From: an uncultured Nitrospiraceae bacterium | GTDB taxonomy: Bacteria > Hydrogenedentota > Hydrogenedentia > Hydrogenedentales > SLHB01 | DNA: 61,435 nt | Reading direction: 5' to 3' | NCBI GenBank assembly: GCA_964632865.1 | Contig: CAZWDH010000003.1 | Coordinates: forward strand, 1-61,435 | Part shown: piece by piece, positions 7,134-16,082 of the stretch | Layout of the letters: each line of letters opens with the position of its first letter | Position numbering within the stretch: position 1 is the stretch's first letter | Notes under the pieces: model-generated | The model's database searches: none | What the model was told of the DNA's origin: nothing | What the model saw: the letters and a program-made list of their open reading frames with translations, nothing else | Program-made: the position numbers and the translations under genes

Positions 7134-8465
7134 CTAGCGGCTCAGAGGAGCGATCGCGAATGCTGGACTGTCGAGATTGAGCACAATGATCGTATTGACG
7201 GGGTCCTGAAGCCCGCTTTCGACGTGCAGTTCGATACCATCGCCCGTTTGCTCGAACGCGATCTCCGCGCCGCCGAGGATTTGCGCCGACTCAACGCGCG
7301 GCGATATTGCCGGCAAGGCAAAGGTATCGCCATCCCACTGGAAGACGTGGACGTAGATCGTATTCCCATTGCACGTGGATGCGCCCCACTCGCCCGGAAG
7401 GAAAGGTCCGCCCCAGGTACCATAGATGCTTTCGCCGTAGCGTTCGAGCCACGCCCCCATCTCGCGCAGGCGCGCGGCCTGTCTGGCCTCGATGCTTCCG
7501 TCGGGCTGAGGCCCCACATTCAGCAAGAGGTTCCCATCGCCGCCGCAGGTGAGAACGAGCGTGCGGATGCATTCCTCGAAACTCTTCACAATATCGCCGG
7601 GTTTCCAGGCCCATTGCGTGCCGATCGTCATGCAGGTCTCCCAGGGACGATCGCGTTGGAAGCTGCCAATCTCCTGTTCGGGAGTATCGTAGTCGCCCGC
7701 GAAATCACCCGCCTCGGTGACGCCCTTCATTCCGCGCCGTCCTTTGTCGACGCGATTGTTAATGATCGAGGGCTGCAACTCTCGCACGTATTGATACAAA
7801 TCCAGGCCGCGCTCATGCGTCCAGGTCGGCTCCCATTCGCCGTCGAACCAGAGTATTCCGAGCGGACCGTAGTTTGTGATGAGTTCGCGAAGCTGGTTCT
7901 TCATAAAGACGACGTAGCGCTCATAGTCGGCGGTGTCCGGCGGACGATTGTCGCCCTTACCACGAGGAACGTAATCGGGATGGTACCAATCGATGATCGA
8001 GTAGTAGGTGCAGAATCGCAGGCCTTCTTCGCGGCAAGCATCGGCGAGCGGCCGCAGGATATCGCGCCCGTAGGGCGACGCCATCATGTCGTAGCCGGTG
8101 CACTCCGAATCCCACAGCGAAAACCCGTCGTGGTGCTTGCTGGTGATGACAAGATACTTCGTGCCAGCGTCTCGGGCGAGTTGCGCCCATTCCGCGGCGG
8201 AGAATTGGGTGGGATTGAACCGGGTATAAAGGCTGTCGTATTCCTCGACGGGAACCTTCGTGCCGCGGGACCAGCCAATCTCGGTGCCCTTCTGAGCGAC
8301 CGGCCCCCAGTGGATGAAGAGACCGAACCGGGCCTCGCGCCACCATTCAAGGCGCGCATCGTCATCGACCGCCACCTCTTGGCAACGCGCAACAAAGGGC
8401 ACGCCACATGTCAAAAACACAAAGGTAAATGCGAATGCCCCACATAGTACATTTTGATTTCGCAT
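7134..8465 (-). CDS. Alpha-L-fucosidase, GH29, secreted
   Basis: FGLFIHWGP, TSKHHDGFSLWDS and WFDGEW motifs. I prefer the ATG at 8465 (MRNQNVLCGAFAF..., a signal peptide) because GGGGGAGGG lies 8 nt upstream. The ORF track starts 7 codons earlier. Confidence 0.9.
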   Translation of the reverse strand: MRNQNVLCGAFAFTFVFLTCGVPFVARCQEVAVDDDARLEWWREARFGLFIHWGPVAQKGTEIGWSRGTKVPVEEYDSLYTRFNPTQFSAAEWAQLARDAGTKYLVITSKHHDGFSLWDSECTGYDMMASPYGRDILRPLADACREEGLRFCTYYSIIDWYHPDYVPRGKGDNRPPDTADYERYVVFMKNQLRELITNYGPLGILWFDGEWEPTWTHERGLDLYQYVRELQPSIINNRVDKGRRGMKGVTEAGDFAGDYDTPEQEIGSFQRDRPWETCMTIGTQWAWKPGDIVKSFEECIRTLVLTCGGDGNLLLNVGPQPDGSIEARQAARLREMGAWLERYGESIYGTWGGPFLPGEWGASTCNGNTIYVHVFQWDGDTFALPAISPRVESAQILGGAEIAFEQTGDGIELHVESGLQDPVNTIIVLNLDSPAFAIAPLSR

Positions 8466-8556
8466 GCAATAGCCCTCCCCCTGCATTCCTTCCCACGGAA
8501 CGCTGCGACCATTCTAACGAATCGCGAAGAGGGGCGCACTGTGGTTGCGGCTGTGG

Positions 8557-8644
8557 AAAAATGGGGACAGTTCCCCTTTCGTTTTTAAGTTGCCGAGAAA
8601 CCGTGCAACGCCTCAGAAACGAAAGGGGAACTGTCCCCATTTTT
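8557..8644. repeat. Palindromic intergenic element, GGGGACAG family copy 2
   Basis: AAAAATGGGGACAGTTCCCCTTTCGTT (8557-8583) pairs with AACGAAAGGGGAACTGTCCCCATTTTT (8618-8644). The loop has a nested GTTGC/GCAAC hairpin. It shares the 14-nt core AAAAATGGGGACAG and the CCATTTTnCTTCTGAG flank with copy 1, and lies between the BNR gene stop and the fucosidase start. Confidence 0.85.
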
Positions 8645-8699
8645 CTTCTGAGTGCATCCCGAACTGTACGATCTGCGCGGTCGAAGACCGCGTTCGCAG

Positions 8700-9905
8700 T
8701 CACTGATTCAGGCGAACGCGGGCGACAAAGGTTGCGCCATCGGCCCCGCGGGCGCGGGCGTCATCGCTCCAGATCCCTTCCGAGACGGAAACCCACGATT
8801 CGGTTGGCGTGATGGACGACGCGCCGAAGTTGCCGAGGGTCGCGCCGCGCTCGGGGATGAGCACGCGCTCAGTCTCCCGAAGGACACAAAGACGCTCCGG
8901 GTCGACTTGCGCGATAAACAGTGGCGCGCGGTGACGCATGATGTGATCGTTGTTGGCACCGCGCCGGGTATAAACGAGAAACAGCCTGTCTCCGAGAGTA
9001 AGCCAGTGCTGCTGCGTATTGTAGCTGCCCAGTTCTTCGCCATCATCGAAGGTCCACGGTTGAATCGGGCCGAAATGCGTACCGTCGTCGCCTGCGGTCA
9101 CGTAACCCTTCACATCGTTGCGGATCGTCAGATAGTACCGATCCCGGAACTGAATGAGGGACGGCTCGACGAGCCCGCGCTCCACGTGTAGCGAAAGTTC
9201 ATCGCCATGTTCAATGTATCGCATCGCCTCGCCGTCAAAACTGCAGCGCATGACCGTCGTCGAATAGACCTCACCTTCGGGGCCGCGATAGTAGAAGGGC
9301 AAGAGGATGCTGCCGTCGTCTTCGATCACGTATTGTCCGCAGCCGGGACTGACAAGATAGAACTTGCCTTCGGCTTCCGGCGTATCGACCATCTTCCACT
9401 TCGACCAGACATCCGACGTAGGATCGTAGATTGCATACGCGGCGTCGTGGGAACGAGGCTTGTCGTAAACCTGATCGCCGTCGTCGTAACGGACCTTGAT
9501 GCCGATGGCGATAAGCTTTCCGGATTGCGCATGCCACGCGGGTGTCACGTCGGCGACCGCACAGATGATCCCCTCGCCCTCCTCCCATGCGTCCAACTCC
9601 GGGATGGCCGTCGGACCGGCCCACGTCTTGCCGAGATCGTCAGTCCGTAGTACGGACAGCCCCGAGTAATGGTCGGACTTCCCCAAGTGCTTCTGGATGG
9701 TCATGATTACCGCGGGATTGCCGTCTTCGCCGTATCCCGGAATCGCGGCCGCGCGTGGATGAAACCAAAGCCAATCGTGGTCGTCGTGCGTCACGACGGT
9801 CTGCACGTCGATGCTGTAGTCGAAGGGTGCGTCTTGCGCGGATACGATCGGCGCGAGAAAGAGGACGAGTGAAATCATCGGAAACAAATCTCGGAACAAG
9901 TTCAT
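8700..9905 (-). CDS. Secreted BNR/sialidase-fold (exo-alpha-sialidase-like) glycoside hydrolase
   Basis: 401 aa. Signal peptide ISLVLFLAPIVSAQD, Asp-box TDDLGKTW, beta-propeller-like composition. Confidence 0.6.
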   Translation of the reverse strand: MNLFRDLFPMISLVLFLAPIVSAQDAPFDYSIDVQTVVTHDDHDWLWFHPRAAAIPGYGEDGNPAVIMTIQKHLGKSDHYSGLSVLRTDDLGKTWAGPTAIPELDAWEEGEGIICAVADVTPAWHAQSGKLIAIGIKVRYDDGDQVYDKPRSHDAAYAIYDPTSDVWSKWKMVDTPEAEGKFYLVSPGCGQYVIEDDGSILLPFYYRGPEGEVYSTTVMRCSFDGEAMRYIEHGDELSLHVERGLVEPSLIQFRDRYYLTIRNDVKGYVTAGDDGTHFGPIQPWTFDDGEELGSYNTQQHWLTLGDRLFLVYTRRGANNDHIMRHRAPLFIAQVDPERLCVLRETERVLIPERGATLGNFGASSITPTESWVSVSEGIWSDDARARGADGATFVARVRLNQ

Positions 9906-9931
9906 AATTCAATCCCTTGATCGAATGAACC

Positions 9932-10942
9932 CTAGCCTTCCGGTTCCAATCGCCGGAACTTCTGCACGCGGTGCGTTTTGCTGTTGTCGGCCACGTCGCC
10001 GAGATACAGGTCGCCCTTGGAATCAACCGCGATTCCGTGCACCCAGTCCAGATGCCCGGGGATCAACTCGCCTTCTTTGGCAAGAGGAAACACCCACAAC
10101 TCCTGCGGCACGCCTTCCGTGTTGAACTTGATGAGCAGTTGATCCGACGGCGGATTACCGAGATTGCCGCGCTCGGTCCACCGCGCCGGAGCCGATCCGC
10201 ACACGTATATCTCGTCCTTGGGCGTGATCCAGATTCCCCACGGATTGATGAGATTGCGCCACTGCTCCAGGGAGTTGCCTTCCTGATCGAAGATCTGGAT
10301 GCGGCAATTGTTTCGCTCGCCCACGTACAGACGGCCCGCGGAGTCCACCGCGATGCTGTGGGGTTGGCTCAACTGGCCTGCTTCCACCCCAAGTTCACCC
10401 CAAGTCTTAACAAACCGGCCTTCCTTGTCGAAGTGGACGACACGATTGTTGCCATAGCCATCCGTCACAAAGATATCGCCCGCTGGTGTGACGACCACAT
10501 CCGTCGGACGATTGAAATGATGCTCGTCCGCGCCGGCTTCATCGGGAACGCCCAGGGTCATCAGCAGCTCGCCATCTGACGTGAACTTGCGCACCGTATG
10601 CTGCCCATAGTCGGTGGTCCACACGTTTCCCCAGGGATCGATTCGGATGAAGTGCGGGTTCTTGAACAACCCCGTGCCCCAAGCGTCGAGCAACTTGCCT
10701 TCCGTGTCGTAACACTGCACCTGCGGCGCGAAGGCATTCAGCGTCCACACACGGTCCTGTTGGTCCACGGCGACGCCGGTCATGTAACGCCACGTGAGCG
10801 TCTTCGGCTTTTCGGGCCAGTCGGGCACGACCTCGTAGCCGACCGCAAGATTGATCTTCGGGTATCCGGCCGCGATGGCCGGAGCGCTTCCCGCAAGCAC
10901 GACGGCAATTGCGATACTCATGACGCTGATCGACCGAATCAT
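9932..10942 (-). CDS. NHL-repeat six-bladed beta-propeller protein (peptidyl-alpha-hydroxyglycine lyase-like fold), secreted
   Basis: 336 aa. Repeated VTDGYGNNRVVHFDKEGRF, YVGERNNCRIQIFDQEG and GIAVDS motifs, plus a signal peptide. ATGA overlap with the upstream gene. Confidence 0.75.
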   Translation of the reverse strand: MIRSISVMSIAIAVVLAGSAPAIAAGYPKINLAVGYEVVPDWPEKPKTLTWRYMTGVAVDQQDRVWTLNAFAPQVQCYDTEGKLLDAWGTGLFKNPHFIRIDPWGNVWTTDYGQHTVRKFTSDGELLMTLGVPDEAGADEHHFNRPTDVVVTPAGDIFVTDGYGNNRVVHFDKEGRFVKTWGELGVEAGQLSQPHSIAVDSAGRLYVGERNNCRIQIFDQEGNSLEQWRNLINPWGIWITPKDEIYVCGSAPARWTERGNLGNPPSDQLLIKFNTEGVPQELWVFPLAKEGELIPGHLDWVHGIAVDSKGDLYLGDVADNSKTHRVQKFRRLEPEG

Positions 10943-12891
10943 GCCTCACCTGCTTTCTGCTCCTGAGCAACCGGCTCGATGGTCGTAGGCTCACCCAGTT
11001 CGTTCAGCAGCTCGAAAGGCGGCCCTTCACCACGCTCACGCGTGGTGAAGAAATTGAACAGGGAGATACCATCCGCGCCGTCCTGATATAAGTCCCAGGC
11101 CATCGTGCGATAGGTATCCTGTTCCGGCTCGACTTCGATAGACGCGTAGATCGGCATGGACGGCGGAAGCAATTGCCGGTACTCGGTTACGGGTAACGGA
11201 AAATCGTTGCGAAGGTAGTGGGACACGATAACGAAATCGATGAGCCCCTCGTTCGCCCAGGTGACGGGGTCCAAACCGATACCGAGGTTCTGTTCCGGCT
11301 TGGCCATGACGCGCGCGGTCAATAGAATTGGCCGCCCGCGTTTCTCCCCCACTTCCCGGGTCATGGCGCGCACGTCGCGCATCCACGCGGTCATCGTCGC
11401 GATGTGATCGGCTTCCTCGCCTTGTTTGAAGTACATGGGAAAACGCTGGAAGTCGAGTTCGAGCCCGTCGGCATTAAACATCTCGCAGCATTCCCGCAGT
11501 TCCGCGAGCCGTTGCGCGCGCACTTCGGGAACCGCGAAGTTCAATCCCGCCGGTAGCCATGTGCCCACGATGGGACTTGTTCGCGGTCCGAGAATCTCCA
11601 CATAGAGATCACTGAGCGGGTCGGCGACCTTGCCGATACGCCATTCGGGATGCTCTTTCCAGAACCGGGACAGGATCAGGTGGTCTTCCTGCTCGACGGC
11701 GTGGACCTCGTTCAACCGGAAAGACACGAAGGTTTCCAGCCCCTTCTCATTCGCGCGATCAATGATGAGGTCCAAAGGGTTATGCCCCGCCTCCACGAGC
11801 GCCCGAAGATTCACGGCGGCGCGTTCGGTGCTTGTGGGTTTGGTCTCCACACTGGGGGCAATCGTTGCCGCAAGCGCTTCGCTGACATCTGTACCGAGCA
11901 TGGTGGCCACTTTGCTGGGATAACTCATCACCATGCCGAAGTTCGGGGAGGCCGCGAAGGTAGTCACCTGCGTTCCGGCCACCTCATCCACGTAGGGATA
12001 GAGGCCCTCCGGGGTCATAGGCGGTTCCACGTCGATGAACATGTTGCTGGCGTCGCTGTTGTAAATGAAACGCGAACCCAGTACCGGCGCAACCTCGTCG
12101 CCGATGGGCAGCAAGTCAAAACGCCGCACAAAAACCTCGGCGCCCTCCGACTGAATCTGCAACCGGCCGCTCGTCGGCTTCACGCCATAGCATTCGTTGA
12201 CCTTCACGCCGTTGAGAAAGACCGTGATTCGGTCACCCGCCACGATCGCTTCCACGCGATTCCATTTTCCGACGGGATACTCGACATCCTGGGCGCCACG
12301 AAAATCCTTCACGTCCTCCCAGCCCGGATCGCGGCCCCACCAGTCGATCCGCCCGCCGTTGATGGTCAAAGGCGTGCCGTCTTCCTTGTACACATGAGGC
12401 ACGCCCTCGGAAGCATCGGCCACGGTAGCCGTGAGTTCGTAGTCCGTTGACTTATCGCCGACGACCAGAAGATCGCCCGTGCCGCCTTCGATCATCTGCA
12501 CTTCGATGGACTTCATCCAGATTCCACTGTACCCGCCGTCTTCCCCGGTGGAGTTCACGAGAATCCCGCTGTCGCGCGCACGATCGATCCGCGGTTCGTG
12601 GGTGATTTCGCCCCATTTGAACTCCGCCACGAGGTGATAGTTCTCGTACTCCTCGTCGGAGGTGACGCATCCCCACTCCTTTCCACTGATATGAAGCATA
12701 CCGTCATGTACGGTAAACACGTTCTCGGGGTCCGTATCGCGACCGCGATCGCGAATCCAGGTGTAGAAGCCGTCCAGGTTCTCACCATTGAATAGCCGAA
12801 TGCCCTCCGGGGGTGGTGTGATGCCGCCGTGCGCCAAACCGGTCATGCCCAACAACGCGACGACAGTCAACAGATAGTTAAGACGTAGCAT
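10939..12891 (-). CDS. Secreted fusion: N-terminal DUF1080 (3-keto-disaccharide hydrolase-like lectin fold) plus C-terminal glycoside-hydrolase-like TIM barrel
   Basis: 650 aa. LFNGENLDGFYTW...SGILV...EVQMIEG...FLNGVKVNE matches the DUF1080 pattern. The C-terminal ~370 aa look like a GHL-type TIM barrel (DGLELDFQRFP). Confidence 0.6.
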   Translation of the reverse strand: MLRLNYLLTVVALLGMTGLAHGGITPPPEGIRLFNGENLDGFYTWIRDRGRDTDPENVFTVHDGMLHISGKEWGCVTSDEEYENYHLVAEFKWGEITHEPRIDRARDSGILVNSTGEDGGYSGIWMKSIEVQMIEGGTGDLLVVGDKSTDYELTATVADASEGVPHVYKEDGTPLTINGGRIDWWGRDPGWEDVKDFRGAQDVEYPVGKWNRVEAIVAGDRITVFLNGVKVNECYGVKPTSGRLQIQSEGAEVFVRRFDLLPIGDEVAPVLGSRFIYNSDASNMFIDVEPPMTPEGLYPYVDEVAGTQVTTFAASPNFGMVMSYPSKVATMLGTDVSEALAATIAPSVETKPTSTERAAVNLRALVEAGHNPLDLIIDRANEKGLETFVSFRLNEVHAVEQEDHLILSRFWKEHPEWRIGKVADPLSDLYVEILGPRTSPIVGTWLPAGLNFAVPEVRAQRLAELRECCEMFNADGLELDFQRFPMYFKQGEEADHIATMTAWMRDVRAMTREVGEKRGRPILLTARVMAKPEQNLGIGLDPVTWANEGLIDFVIVSHYLRNDFPLPVTEYRQLLPPSMPIYASIEVEPEQDTYRTMAWDLYQDGADGISLFNFFTTRERGEGPPFELLNELGEPTTIEPVAQEQKAGEA

Positions 12892-13053
12892 CGAAAGTCC
12901 ATTCCTCTCTCACGAGATTTCGTTCGTGTGGATCAAGCCTGCCCGCCGGCACAACAGAGAACGCCGCCCCAGCCGCATGATTAGACCGAGTGTATCGGGG
13001 TAACACGGCATTTTCCAGTCGCTACGCGCCGAGGATGTCTTACCGGATAGGAA

Positions 13054-14148
13054 CTACAACGCCGCGCGGGATGTGCCTACGATGGCGGCGATACGAGGGG
13101 CTAACCGGTCCAATGGCACCTGCTCGTCGGACAGGCCGGCGTCTTCAACGGCCTTAGGCATTCCGAACACGCTACTGCTCGCTTCGTCTTGCGATATGCA
13201 GTATCCGCCGCGGGCTTTGATGGCGCGGACGCCATCGCATCCGTCCGACCCCATGCCGGTCATGATTACGGACAGCACGCCTCGAACCGCGTGCTGCGCG
13301 ATGGACTGGAACAGCACGTCCACCGACGGGCGGCATCCGTGAACCAGGGGTCCACTGTCCAGTCCAATCTGGAACCCGCCTCGGGGCGCGCGCTCAAGAA
13401 CCATGTGATACCCACCCGGTGCGATCAGGAGCACGTCCGGTTCGACCAATGAGCCCGACTCTGCCTCACGCACCGGCATAGGGCTCATGGAATTGAGGCG
13501 GTCCGCGAGCGTACGGGTGAATACGGGCGGCATGTGTTGTACCACGAGTACCGGGACCCCGAGCGACGCGGGTAGCATGGGCACCATACGCTGCAAGGCC
13601 TCTGGACCGCCTGCGGAAATGCCTATCGCAACGAGATCGATGGGCCGGGCGGGTTTCAACGGCCTTGAGGGGGCTCTGGGAGGACGTGGAGCCGTCTGCG
13701 TCAGTTTCCGGCTCGCCGCAATATGCTCGCGCGTCTCGTGCGCGGCCCGCCGGGCGTGGTAGGTACAGATCAGCGGAAAGATCTGGCGGACGAGTTCGGC
13801 TTGACCGTCTCCCGTGGATCTGGCTGCCGGGCGGCGCACGAATCCCAAGGCGCCCGCGTCGATCGATGCGAGCGCGAGTTCCGCTTCTCGCCGCACCGCG
13901 TCGCTCACAACGATAATGCCGAGATGTGGGTACCGCGTCTTCAAAGTGCGAATGGTTTGAATTCCCGCGGTGGCGGCCAACAGGATGAGGTCAATGTCGT
14001 CGCTGCCGATTCGCGCAAAGCCGCTTGGGCCAACGGCACCGGCTCCGCACAGCACGGCTCGGGGCATGGCGGAGACAACCTCGGATAGAATCCGGCGGCT
14101 CTCGCCGGAGTCTTCCAGAACTAAGACGTTTATCGTTTCTTTGCTCAC
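13054..14148 (-). CDS. cheB: CheB-type protein-glutamate methylesterase with a divergent N-terminal receiver domain (GTG start)
   Basis: 364 aa. Esterase motifs are intact: GISAGGPEAL (Ser), VVQHMPPVFT (His), TGMGSDG (Asp). The receiver-like N-terminus is VLVLEDS...DLILLAATAG. No other che genes are in the window. Confidence 0.85.
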   Translation of the reverse strand: MSKETINVLVLEDSGESRRILSEVVSAMPRAVLCGAGAVGPSGFARIGSDDIDLILLAATAGIQTIRTLKTRYPHLGIIVVSDAVRREAELALASIDAGALGFVRRPAARSTGDGQAELVRQIFPLICTYHARRAAHETREHIAASRKLTQTAPRPPRAPSRPLKPARPIDLVAIGISAGGPEALQRMVPMLPASLGVPVLVVQHMPPVFTRTLADRLNSMSPMPVREAESGSLVEPDVLLIAPGGYHMVLERAPRGGFQIGLDSGPLVHGCRPSVDVLFQSIAQHAVRGVLSVIMTGMGSDGCDGVRAIKARGGYCISQDEASSSVFGMPKAVEDAGLSDEQVPLDRLAPRIAAIVGTSRAAL

Positions 14149-14465
14149 GATCGGGTGTACCTTGAACGGAAAGTGTCTACGTGGAAGGATACCATACGGT
14201 GAAGTAAGCCGGTTGCATCACCGGAATCGGTCGCCTCACCATGTACGCGGGCAGAATCTCTGGACGCGATCTCGGACAAACCATGGCGACGGCATGGCAT
14301 GTACAATGCCGGACTCGTTACTCTGGGTTCGCCCATGCGCCACGTGCGCGTGCGAGATAGGGCTGCAAGAGCGGAAATCGTTCTTGGTAGCATGCCGGAT
14401 ATCCGTTGCATCATCAGATAATTCTGCGTTGCCGAACGCAGTTGGCCCGAAGAAGGAGACGGACC

Positions 14466-16082
14466 ATGCGATTTTGCCGAATAGTACCCTATGCGCTGGC
14501 CCTTGTATGTACTCTCTGCATTCCATTCGATCTTGAAGCGGCCGAATCCGACGTGCTCACAACGGTCAATCCCGCTATTCCGAAGGATGAGCTAGCGTTG
14601 CTGGTTCGTCCCTTGACCCGCGATGAGCTGGTTGTGGAGGCGGAGGCGTGGCAAGTCCTCGTGAAGGACAAAGTGCGCGAACTCGTGGATGCCGAATTGG
14701 CGGTCAAACATCAGACCAAGACCATCAACGCGGTTGAGCAGACGGCGAAAGCCGTGGAGAAAGCCAAGGCCGCGGCGGAATCAGCGAAAAACCCCGAAGA
14801 AGCAGAGAAGACGGCCGAAGCGATGAACGACGTTGCCGAAGCGATGGAGTCGGTGAACGCGGTGAAAGAGGTCGCGGAGCAACTCGAGGGCGCCGAGGCG
14901 GCGGTTGAGGCCGCGGAAGAAGAGATTCTCCAGGACGGCGGATCGCTGCAGGACAAGACGACTCTGGATGAAGCCGAGAAAGCGCTGACGGCGGACGCAG
15001 AAAAGCTCGAAGAGGTCGCTGCCGTTGCGGAACGCACCTCTCAGTCCTCAGCAGCGGTCAAGGAGCGGCTTCTGGAGCGCGTCAATCGGCTTCGTGACGA
15101 ACGAGTTGCCCTGTCGGACCGTATGAAGATCATACTCGACGAACTGGACCGGAAAGGGGGTGAATCGGAAGCGTTCCGGACCTATCTCGTGGCGGTGTCC
15201 GGAATCCAGCTCGACGTGTCCGACACGGACGCGACCTGGGCGACGGTGCGCGGATGGTTCACGTCGCAGGAAGGCGGCAAACGCTGGGCGATCAATATCG
15301 TCAAATTTCTCGCAATCGTCGCATTGTTCTGGCTCATCGCAATCATCGCGGGCCGGCTGGTGAGGCGTGCCCTGCGCATGGCGCCGAACGTTTCGGGGTT
15401 ATTGCGCGAATTTACCATGAAATCCGTCCGTCGAGTGGTCCTGGCCATTGGCGTCATCATCGGGCTTTCCGCCTTAGAGGTAGATATCGCGCCATTGCTC
15501 GCACTGATCGGTGCGGCGGGATTTGTTATCGCTTTCGCGTTGCAAGGAACTTTGGGAAACTTCGCAAGCGGATTGATGATTCTGTTCTACCGGCCGTTCG
15601 ACGTGGGCGACGTGGTGGACGTGGCCGGCGTTTCCGGTACCGTCGCGTCACTTAACCTGGTCTCCGTGACGATCAACACCTTCGACAACAAGGTCATGAT
15701 CGTACCCAACAACAGTGTCTGGAACGACGTCATCACGAACGCCACCGGCAGCATGGAACGCCGGGTGGACCTGGTATTTGGGATCAGTTACGACGACGAC
15801 ATTGGCAATGCCTTGTCAATCATGGAACGGCTGGTGAAAGAGCACCCGCTCGTGCTGGAAACTCCGGAGCCGGTCATCCGCATGAGCGAACTCGGCGACT
15901 CATCGGTGAATTTCATCTGCAGACCGTGGGCGAAGACCGCCGATTACTGGACGGTGTACTGGGACTTGCTGCGATCCGTTAAGGAGGCTTTCGATAAGGA
16001 GGGTATTTCCATTCCCTTCCCGCAGCGGGACCTGCATGTGTACCACATGGACAAGCGTGAGCAGGAGAATTTGCAGGGATGA
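14466..16082 (+). CDS. MscS-family mechanosensitive channel with a long N-terminal Ala/Glu-rich coiled-coil periplasmic domain
   Basis: ATG at 14466 after a GAAGGAGA RBS, followed by the signal peptide MRFCRIVPYALALVCTLCIPF. The C-terminal MscS core is FYRPFDVGDVVDVAGVSGTV...NTFDNKVMIVPNN. Confidence 0.88.
   Translation: MRFCRIVPYALALVCTLCIPFDLEAAESDVLTTVNPAIPKDELALLVRPLTRDELVVEAEAWQVLVKDKVRELVDAELAVKHQTKTINAVEQTAKAVEKAKAAAESAKNPEEAEKTAEAMNDVAEAMESVNAVKEVAEQLEGAEAAVEAAEEEILQDGGSLQDKTTLDEAEKALTADAEKLEEVAAVAERTSQSSAAVKERLLERVNRLRDERVALSDRMKIILDELDRKGGESEAFRTYLVAVSGIQLDVSDTDATWATVRGWFTSQEGGKRWAINIVKFLAIVALFWLIAIIAGRLVRRALRMAPNVSGLLREFTMKSVRRVVLAIGVIIGLSALEVDIAPLLALIGAAGFVIAFALQGTLGNFASGLMILFYRPFDVGDVVDVAGVSGTVASLNLVSVTINTFDNKVMIVPNNSVWNDVITNATGSMERRVDLVFGISYDDDIGNALSIMERLVKEHPLVLETPEPVIRMSELGDSSVNFICRPWAKTADYWTVYWDLLRSVKEAFDKEGISIPFPQRDLHVYHMDKREQENLQG

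Noticed and set aside
7224-8447. 407-aa ORF on the plus strand
   Set aside because: It lies entirely within, and antisense to, the GH29 fucosidase, which carries canonical family motifs.
14700-15040. Possible tandem DNA repeat in the Ala/Glu-rich part of the MscS gene
   Set aside because: The low complexity is at the amino-acid level (a coiled coil). I could not find a regular nucleotide period, so it is not a repeat array or a CRISPR.
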